A stretch of DNA of 64,000 nt from a virus (Duplodnaviria; Caudoviricetes), in the IMG/VR virus record IMGVR_UViG_3300032290_001460, positions 42,309 through 106,308 of that record; one strand, 5' to 3'. Shown one piece after another: positions 26,942 through 36,500 of this stretch. A program made the translations under genes and the position numbers. A model generated the notes under the pieces. That model was not told the DNA's origin. It ran no database searches and saw only the letters and a program-made list of their open reading frames with translations. Each line of letters begins with the position of its first letter. Position 1 is the first letter of the stretch.

Positions 26942-28959
26942 TTATTTACGATATTCAGAAACCATCCAAATGTTGCGAGCAATTAATGATGCACGTTAAG
27001 CGTCATGTTGTTTCTGACCGTCAACCATCCCAGAGTAGTGTCATCCTAAGTAAAAGTGCATTGACTCCAGAGATAACAACGTATAAAGCGATGAGTCACG
27101 CCTATGGGGTTAGACATCTATACAACGTCAAGCGTGTTGGTTTATTAGGCTCAAATACCGCTATTGGTCAGATGGCACAATCTATTGGTTCATACGCCCT
27201 ACCAGGTGATATTTCCCCCATAAGAAGCCCTATTCGTTCTGCTGCTTTTTCGGCACTAACTCCGGGTATGCCAGGGATTCCTGGAGGTCGACCACGCAAG
27301 AGTAATCGTGTAGCACGATGCCCTGAGGGTTACCAATATGGTGGACGTTTTGCTAATAATGAACTTTCAAACTGTGGCGCACAATTATTCGACCTACCTA
27401 GTCCACTAGGTTTGGCTATTGGTGCTTTGCGTCGTATAGCACGCGCTGCGAATGCCCTAACTCCACCCACGCTCGTTGGCTCCCCTGTCACTCCAGGGCA
27501 ATACACTGACATCCTGGATTCACGTAGGCCACAAATACCGCGAGTTAGCAATCTTAATGCTCCAGCAAAGTTGCAAGCAATTACGAAACTTGTAGCAGAT
27601 ATGGGTGCTCCGGACATTAATGCGACACGCCTCGTTCGACGCGACGGCTTTGTTCTCCAACCTGTTGTCTCTGCTCGCGTTTTGCGTTCAATCCCAGATA
27701 ACAGAGACATGGAAGATGCCGCCTATCTAATGACTGCAGGGGACCTTCCATCATTGGGTGGAGAAGAATTGGGCCTGCTCTCAAATACTGGTGTTACTCG
27801 TTTGACATACGTTCTTCCCGGTGGCTCTACGTTGAGCCTAGAGAAGGTGCGTCCACTAACTATTGGTGAGCGTCGCAAACTTGGTCGCACAGTCAATGCT
27901 GCTAGCACTATAGATAATACCGAGAACCCTATTGCGCGTCTACAAAAAGTAGTTTCTGAAACTGGAGATGGTATTAAATATACCGAAAGTTTCAAAAATG
28001 TAGATAACCCCCACCAGGTTGTGCCTGGACGTAATGGTAAAAATACTGAGAAGTGGGTTAAGGAACTATTTGGCAAGCCATCTAAGGTATCTAAGGCTCC
28101 AGAACGTCCTTCCGCTTCAAATGCTGCAATAGGAACAAAAATTACTTCCGTTGACGAAGCAGTTTCACATATCAACTCTGGTGGTTCACTGGCCGATATT
28201 CCGCCTTCGTTGTTGGCTGAAGCGTTGAAGCAGGTCGATTTGTTTAAGAAGATACAGGCCCGCAATGGTTTGAATAGGGTTTACGGGCCAGATAATCATT
28301 CTTATTGGATGAAGGATTCTGCAGGTAATTTCGAGGCAATCAATGCTGTATTCCAGTCTGACATGCAACAACATCTTGGCCTTGAATCACCAGACGTATT
28401 CCCTGTGGGTACTGGCGATAAGCGTAGTTATCTATATCAGACATCAAATGTTGTTTATCCCGGAGTTTCTCCAGATAAGGAGAAAACTGTTAATGATGTC
28501 AACGAAAAAGATATGGCTAAACTTTTTGTGTCGGACTTTGTTTCCGCTAATACGAATAGGTCTCCAGCGTCCATTGACGTAGTGTCATCCGCCGAGGAGT
28601 ATAAGCCCGTGTCGAACGTATTCGAAACTGAGTTAACACCTCTTGCGGAAATTAAAGTACGTGAGCAAACCAAGAAAGTCATTGACGGATTCAAGGCTGC
28701 TCAGGGTGATGGCATATATGGCGATTACTACAAGAAATTGAAGGCATCTCAGCGCCGTTTATTTTTGCGTGAAATACAGAAAATGCTTGAACGCGCACGT
28801 TTATTCAACTTCACCAACTATAGGAGCCGTTTGACTTCAGGTGGAGAGTTGACTGCTGGAGAAAAAGCACATATTGATATTGTTCAAAAAATACAAAAAA
28901 ATAGATTAGAGATTTTGTCATCTACTATTGAAAACCTAAACGAAATCCTTGGTGGATAA
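26938..28959 (+). CDS. 673-aa protein with an RCPxG...F...SNC motif and a degenerate HipA/PI3K-like kinase fold at the C-terminus
   Basis: ATGA overlap with the previous gene. Motifs: RCPEGYQYGGRFANNELSNC and YWMK...HLGLESPDV...SDFVSANTNRSPASI. Confidence 0.65.
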   Translation: MIIYDIQKPSKCCEQLMMHVKRHVVSDRQPSQSSVILSKSALTPEITTYKAMSHAYGVRHLYNVKRVGLLGSNTAIGQMAQSIGSYALPGDISPIRSPIRSAAFSALTPGMPGIPGGRPRKSNRVARCPEGYQYGGRFANNELSNCGAQLFDLPSPLGLAIGALRRIARAANALTPPTLVGSPVTPGQYTDILDSRRPQIPRVSNLNAPAKLQAITKLVADMGAPDINATRLVRRDGFVLQPVVSARVLRSIPDNRDMEDAAYLMTAGDLPSLGGEELGLLSNTGVTRLTYVLPGGSTLSLEKVRPLTIGERRKLGRTVNAASTIDNTENPIARLQKVVSETGDGIKYTESFKNVDNPHQVVPGRNGKNTEKWVKELFGKPSKVSKAPERPSASNAAIGTKITSVDEAVSHINSGGSLADIPPSLLAEALKQVDLFKKIQARNGLNRVYGPDNHSYWMKDSAGNFEAINAVFQSDMQQHLGLESPDVFPVGTGDKRSYLYQTSNVVYPGVSPDKEKTVNDVNEKDMAKLFVSDFVSANTNRSPASIDVVSSAEEYKPVSNVFETELTPLAEIKVREQTKKVIDGFKAAQGDGIYGDYYKKLKASQRRLFLREIQKMLERARLFNFTNYRSRLTSGGELTAGEKAHIDIVQKIQKNRLEILSSTIENLNEILGG

Positions 28960-28961
28960 TA

Positions 28962-30581
28962 ATGAAACACTTTGCGCTTATCAAAAATTTTGAGACAAAC
29001 GATGTCTTCGCTATGGTCACCAAGCAAGACGACACCTTGTCCTTTCATGGGTACACCCCAGCAGGAGAACAATGGGCTAGATGGGCGTCATCAAATCAGG
29101 AAAAAGCATTAGAGGACGGACTTCCTCCAGAAGTATATTTTGGCAAGTTTCAGCCAATGGCCGACAACACTGAAGAAAATGTTGCAAATACAAAGTTTTT
29201 AGCAAAATCAATAGTCAACGAACATGAATCAATTAATCCCCCTGGACGTTCAGCAGAAATTAGAGTTTACGATATCGATTCACGTAAATCTATAATCGAC
29301 TACAAGGCTGTCGCTTTTAGAGCAGACACAAAATCACTTGAAGTAATGGCTTTTTCTAGAAAAAATTATCTAGCATTTGACCCTCACACTGCCTTATTCA
29401 AGTCTGCACCCCTGATGGAATCATCTCCAATACATGAAATTATTGTTGATAAATGGAAAGAATTGCCAATACGTACTTTTGGTAAAGAAATATTTGAACA
29501 AAAAATGCTTATTATCAAAAATCGGCGTGAAGTCAATAAAGAAAATTTGATTGACATTCAAGAAAAAGGCATTGGTCGAGGCCTTAGATTTATTGGTGGA
29601 AGATTTGACCCTAACGCTTTTGACGGTGACATGGATGGGCTCATCCAAGAAGGGACCGCTTTCCAACGTCCTGCACCTTTACGTAAGCCAGTATCAAACA
29701 TGTCTTCGTCAATGGGTAAAAACTTTGCTCGTCAAGGAATTATGAAAAGACGAGGTGTAGATACCTCGATTTCAAGAGAAACAGGGAAAGTTGACAAGTC
29801 CCCCGTTGGTGGTGGTCGTTTCCGTAAGGCGGGCGCAGAGATGGCTGCGTCTAGTAGTAGAAGTTCTCGTTCTGTAAAGATAGGTAAGCAATATAAGGGA
29901 ATACCCGGCATTGATAGAGCATCTGATTCAGATGGGCAGATATGGGAGTCGTTGAGTGCTGATGAGAAGACGACGATAGCCGCACGTGCTGCGAAACTTG
30001 AACAACGACGTTTCAATCAACTGACCGGGATGACTCCTGGCGGTAGGCCTCAGCCTTTTCATAGGAAGTATGTTGCGCGTCAAAATTTTGAACGTAATAG
30101 AGGTGGCGAATTAGATGGTCTTAATGGTTCTCTTGTAGAGCAAATGCAAACTTGGGTTGAAGATTACGTAAATAACGACAGTATTCCTTTGAAGGCTAGA
30201 CTTGAAGTATTGCGTACTTATGATGATATGCTTGCTCTATATAATATGAGAACCATGAAACAAGATAAGCCTTATGAATTTTTGGAGCACCTACATCCTG
30301 CTGCTCGTGCATCATTGTTTAATGATGAAAAGAATGATGATGGCAAAGTTACTAGTGTTTCACCTAAGGCGAAAGTTTCTACCGTAGAATCTACAGCCTT
30401 TGGGCGTGCTGGTGGGTATGAAAAGAAATCTCCTGTTGCTAAGAAGCCTTCAGGTGCCCGCAGCGAAGTTGGAGACAATAGAGAAAAGCCTGCAAAGGTT
30501 GACTCCTCATTGCGCAAGTTTATTAATCGAGTTATGAATCCTTCACCAGACAAGGCTGCAAAACCTAAGAAAAATAATTAA
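28962..30581 (+). CDS. 539-aa protein carrying the shared DxDxDG tag and one SSRS linker
   Basis: EKGIG...FDPNAFDGDMDGLIQEGTAFQRP at 29562-29672. SSSRSSR at 29850. Confidence 0.75.
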   Translation: MKHFALIKNFETNDVFAMVTKQDDTLSFHGYTPAGEQWARWASSNQEKALEDGLPPEVYFGKFQPMADNTEENVANTKFLAKSIVNEHESINPPGRSAEIRVYDIDSRKSIIDYKAVAFRADTKSLEVMAFSRKNYLAFDPHTALFKSAPLMESSPIHEIIVDKWKELPIRTFGKEIFEQKMLIIKNRREVNKENLIDIQEKGIGRGLRFIGGRFDPNAFDGDMDGLIQEGTAFQRPAPLRKPVSNMSSSMGKNFARQGIMKRRGVDTSISRETGKVDKSPVGGGRFRKAGAEMAASSSRSSRSVKIGKQYKGIPGIDRASDSDGQIWESLSADEKTTIAARAAKLEQRRFNQLTGMTPGGRPQPFHRKYVARQNFERNRGGELDGLNGSLVEQMQTWVEDYVNNDSIPLKARLEVLRTYDDMLALYNMRTMKQDKPYEFLEHLHPAARASLFNDEKNDDGKVTSVSPKAKVSTVESTAFGRAGGYEKKSPVAKKPSGARSEVGDNREKPAKVDSSLRKFINRVMNPSPDKAAKPKKNN

Positions 30582-30584
30582 CTC

Positions 30585-33500
30585 ATGAATCCAAAATCAT
30601 CGGCAACAATTGCAAAGATGAGAGCATTGCGCCAAGCGAAAGAACTTGGTTGCTCTGGGGCCCATCAGACAGAGGATGGTATTTGGCGTCCCTGTGCTAG
30701 TGCCGATGAATTAATTAAATTTGGCAAAATCAACGAGCAGGGTGATGACTCTAAGATTAGGGGTCGCTCTTCTCGTGGTGTAAATAAGATTCGTAGACAA
30801 TGGGAAACTCCCAAAAGACGAGAATATGTTGCTGTTGACACCATCAGTAATGCTGATTTGGCTAATAGTATTTCGTTTAAAGCAGATTGGTACGCCCCAA
30901 GCGATAATGACGTCGACGTATTCACAGACATTTCTTCAGCACAAAAACGTTCACGTCAACTTGGGTGCATAGGAGTCAGTAGAAGAGTTTCAAAGACAGG
31001 CAAAACTGTCTGGATGCCATGCACAAACATGACTGACTATTCACGCGTTGCAGGAACTACGGCCCTCGGTCGTCGCCATCTTAGAGAACAAGCCAAACGC
31101 ACAATTCTGGATGTAGTAGAACAATCCAAGAAACCTTTAAAGAATAGAAAAAAGTCTCTACTTTCAGAGATGAGCATCAACCCTAATGTCACCTTAGTTA
31201 AGGCTTTGGGTCCAAAAGTTGGCAATATTGGTCGACCATCTGGACCGGTTGCAGTTGACATCTCCGGAACGATTGACGCTGATATGGACGGTATTGTTTT
31301 CGAGGGTACGCCAAAAGCAAGACCAATTATACCGAGAGTCAATACCCCCGACATCCAAAACTTAGACAATGTCTCGCAACAAGTTACTCCTGATGTTCTT
31401 TCTCCTGAGGAACCTCAAGATACTGAAAAAAAGTTGCGTAGAAATCAAAGAGCCGCTGGTCTAGTAGCCAAAATTCGTACTAGTAGGTTAAATAAATTGA
31501 CACCTACTAACGATATGTATCGTAATTCAAACATATCAAAAATGATTAATGACTCCTTCCCATCCACGGAAGCGGAGTTGATGGAATCTCTGAAGTCAAA
31601 TCCATATTCGCGTAAAAATTGGGAAAAAATACACGCTTCTATTGTTAAAGCAAAACCAGACTGGGAAGAAACAGCAAAAATTAAAGATTTCCTGTTAGAT
31701 ATGGCTGGTGAATCCGGGGATAATGGCGGCCTTCAGAAACTTATTCGTATGCATGGTTTGCCAACTGTCGTTGCAACAAAGAATCAACCTAGACATAACC
31801 TTTTCCAACGCAAGTTTTGGGAATATACAACTGGGGCGTATCACAGTGATGGTTATATTGCGTTTAATGCTGGAGCGTTTGGGCGAAAGGGCTCATCATG
31901 GTGGATGGGCTATGACTCGATGTCTGATGCTGACTTGAAACATGATTTGCGTCATGAATTGGCGCATGCATTTCAGTTTATGGCCATAGCCCAGAATCAG
32001 CAGGCTAAAGATAATTTTGCTAATTCATTTGTTGACGACTTCATGACAACTTTAGAGAAGCCGGAAGATACGTCAAATAGACGAAGAACAAAACTTTCAA
32101 TGGACTTGTCGTGGGGGGAACCTGAGGAAATAGTAGATGCCCAAAAAATATCTGAATATGCCACTACTTCGCGAATTGAGTATTTTGCCGAAAGTCTTGC
32201 AACTGCACTAAGTGGGGATAGAAAAGAAATGTCCAAAATTAGTGGACAAACGATTTCTCATATGGCGGAATCCTTGGGCTTGTCAATGCCGGAGATGCTC
32301 GACATCATCGGCAGAAATAATGAAGGAGATTTTAATAATATAAATATTCTTTCACGTTCACGTTCTCAGAGAATCAATAAAATTGATAAGCCTTTAGTGG
32401 AATTTGCTAATAATAATCCCCAACTTCTCGACGAAATACCAATGCGCATCAGGAAAAATATGTCCCCCGAGGCTGTTGCTGCTGGTAGGGAATTACGCAT
32501 TGACGGACGTCGTGCATATTCTGTCGAGAGAACAGCAAATGGCACCGTGGTCGGTTCTGGCGGAATGGCTGTAACTAGAAAAATTATTGGCAATGTAGAT
32601 AATGATTTTAAAAATAAGCCTGATAAGAAATTGTACATGGTTGCAGGAACCAGTGGTTCTGGTAAGTCAACGCTAATTGAACGTGGATTGATTCCCGATA
32701 TGCCTACAGAAAAGATGGCAGCCCATTTAGATATTGACAGATTCAAGCAGGGCTTATCTGGGTACAATAATGGTGAAGGTGCAGTCAGAGTCCATCCAGC
32801 AGCACGGGCAGCCCTACAGAAGACTATTGATGCTTCTGCGGTAAAGGGAATTGATGTAGTGCTCCAAGGATACGGTAATGATTCTTCACAATTGCGCCGA
32901 GCAAAATCTATGGGGTACGAGACTATAGGACACTTTGTTCATACTCCCAAGTCGGTTGCTAGTAAGCGTGTGGAAGATAGAGAAAAATCAGGCGGACCAC
33001 AGATTGGTAGTGAATTAAGCCAAATTTTGTCTGATGAGTTACCTTCTATTGTTTCGCAACAGATACAACGTGGTTTATATGACGAATTTTATTTGTGGGA
33101 TAACAAAAAATCTTATGACGCCTTGGACCCTAATGCCAAATCGATTAAACCAGAGTTAATTGCCTATCGTAAAAATGATGGCTCCTATGCGATAGAAAAC
33201 GAATTTTTGTTCAATAAGTTTTTTGGTAATGAATCTAAAAATATTAAACAATATTGGGAAATGAATAATAATCAGGATGATGTTGACGAGATTTCCGAGC
33301 CAAGTATTAATTCATATTCAGAAAATAATGGTCGAATAGAATACAAGAAATTTACTGGGTTTAATTCATCTAATGCCATAAAAGATGATGATGTAAAAGA
33401 TTCTGATATATCTAATTATGTTTTCGACAATCAGGTGTTCTCGGATAAAATAAATATGGCATCCAAGAATGCTAACCATTCATCATTTTCTTTCACAAAA

Positions 33501-36500
33501 CTGAAAGAATCAAAATTTAATGCATCTAAATTGTTTGGTGCTAAATTTAATAGCGCAGATTTACGTGATGCTGATTTTAATTCATTAAATGACAAGCAGA
33601 TAACTGACTTGAGATATGCAGATTTTTCTAATGCTATTTTAACTAACGCCAATATGCGAGGAGCACTTCTTCAGGGGACGCATTTCGCTCATGCAGATTT
33701 AAGGAATGTGGACTTCCGTTCAGCAAATCTCCTTAATAGTAATTTGGATGGGGCAAACCTTGCTGGTGCAAACTTGAGTAACGCAAAAGTTCTTAAATCG
33801 CAATTAACTAATTCTAGGTGGAATGGTTCAACAATATTCCCAGATGGTTTCGTTCCACCAGAAATGACCCCCATCCGTCTAGACGAGCCATCGCCACGTC
33901 GACTTCCAGGGATATTTGATAGTGGGACAGACGACGCAGATAAACTCCGCCCATACGTAAAGAGTGGATTTGTTGGAATGAACGGCGCAGACAATGCCGA
34001 CATTTCGATACCTGGAAGAGACTTGAGTTACGCCACAATTATGTCAAGTAATTTTGACAATAGTAATCTTGAAGGTTCCAATTTGTTTGAGTCAGACATA
34101 GTTGAGTCATCGATGGTGAATGTTTTACTATCAAATTCAGATATGCGTAGTTCACGTCTTGACAATGTTGACTTTAGCAATTCCAGAATGAATGGTTCCA
34201 ATTTAGATGGAGCAACGATTTCGAATAATACTAGTTTCAATGGGACAAAATTGCGTAATTCGCGTTTGACGAATATGACTTTCGAAAATGAACCAGATTT
34301 CAGTGGGGCAGATTTGCGTAATGCAAATTTATCAAATACTGATTTGTCATCGATACTGACAGATGAATTGACAAATTTAGATGGTGCGCTGTTCTCTTCG
34401 TCAAAACATTATCCAAAAATCTACAAAGGTCAACCTACAGTCCTCATGCCATTTGCAGATACAACCAATTCTTATAATAGTGACATTCTGGATACTGATA
34501 GTCCCATTTTTCAAGGTCTTGACAGCACGAAATTATTGGAATTTGTAGAAAAAAATCTTTATAGCAAAAACCAGAAATCCACCTATAGGGGCCTCTCTGT
34601 CGATGACTGGAAGCAACACCTAGATAGCGTTGATTCGCATATTATTGACAATAATGATGCCATTGCACATTTGGGTAACAGGAACGATGCTGTCTCCAAA
34701 GACGTTGAATCGTTAAAGAACTTCCGCTTGCCAGATGGTTCATCAATCGATGTCTTGGCTTACACAGCCCATAACTCGCCCAATAAATTCATAGCAGACG
34801 TCAATGAACGACGAGACAAAAATCCTGATGCTTTTAAAAATCCCAACCCAGAACTTCTCTGGGAAAGAGCAATGTCAGTTCGGGAACAAGAGAAGCGTTT
34901 GCTTCAACAAAATACAGAACTTCAGGAACGCAAGAAAGAACTTAATCGCTTATTGAACTTAAGTAAGACAATTGATGCGCTCTATGTTAACAACATATAT
35001 AAGAATAATGATAAACCCATTGAAGACCCATCAGCAAATTTAATAGAACTAAATGTGTCGGTACAAAATGTTGAAACATTAACAAATTTCAGCCCCCGTG
35101 CTGCTCGTAAAATCAACAGGGCCGTCAATAAACTCGTAGACAACGACTTCGTTGTTAGTTCTAGGTCCAAGCGCGATACGAAGAAGAGTTTTGCTCCTAA
35201 GAAGACAAGTAAAGAAAAACTTGATTCGATGTACCAGGCAATGACTGATGCGTTAATAGCATCTCTAGAAGATGCAAAAGACGGTAATTGGGAGCGCCCT
35301 TGGAAACTGAACGGGATGCCCAGAAACGCCATAACAGGAAAACCATATGCTGGAGGAAACAGCGTAATTTTGGCTCTTGTCGAAAATGGTAAGGGTTACG
35401 AAATGCCAGTATGGATGACTTTCAAGCAGGCGAAAGCACTTGGCGGTACCGTTCGTGCTGGAGAAAAGGGGACCGAATGTGTTTATTGGGCTCGTAGAGA
35501 ATCAACAAAAGTTGGAACTGATGGGGATGAAGAAAAATCAAGTTTCTTAGTCGCAAATTTCTTTCATGTATTCAATATTGCGCAGACCGATGGGATTGAC
35601 CCGGAACGTTTCAAGATTGAAGAATTGTCACCAGAGCAACGATTAGAGGCATTAGATAAGATTGTTTCCGAATTAGCACCATCATTAGTTGAAGGAACTG
35701 GCGATAAGAATCGTGCCTATTATTCTCCTTCTACCGATGGCATTAATATGCCCCCGTTTGGTTACTTCAAAGACCCATTGTCTTATTATCAGACACTTAT
35801 GCACGAGTTGGTGCACTGGACTGGACATACGAGTCGCTTGGACCGTCCAAACATGAACCAGCATGGAACCCCAGAATACGCCTATGAGGAACTTGTTGCC
35901 GAAATTGGTTCAGTGTTCTTGATGGGTATTCTAGGTTTAGAGCCGGAGCCACAAGAGGGCCATTCAATCTATATTGCTGGATGGCTAACGAAGTTAAAGA
36001 ATGACCCGGATATGGTTCGTAAAGCATCTGCAGAAGCGCAAAAGGCAGTCAACTTACTTTTGGGCAAGTCTCCAACTTTGCAAGCAGAGTATGACCGCGG
36101 ATTCCCAGATGTTGACGAGACTCTTGATGCTGGTGAAAAAGTTATTGATGATTCACTACAAGTCGTTGAAGATGTTGTGGACAGCGTAACGTCCGTGGGA
36201 GATAGTTCCAGGTCCAAGAGACTTCCGTCGCCAGGAGAGGCCCCTCTCGAATCTATTGCAGCAATAATAGAAACAAGAGACAACTGGTTGGTCGATTTCT
36301 CAAACTCTCGTTGGCTATCAGCATTTGGCTCCCCTATTGTGGAGCAAAGCGAAAATCATCCTCACGTTCCAGTAGTTCGTTTCCCCCGTATTCCGATACT
36401 TGATAAATCTACAGGATTATCTGATGAAGATTTTGCATTAATTGATTCCGTTGAATACTTAACTAAGGAACAAAAAGATGCTCTCAGGGATTTCGGCGAA

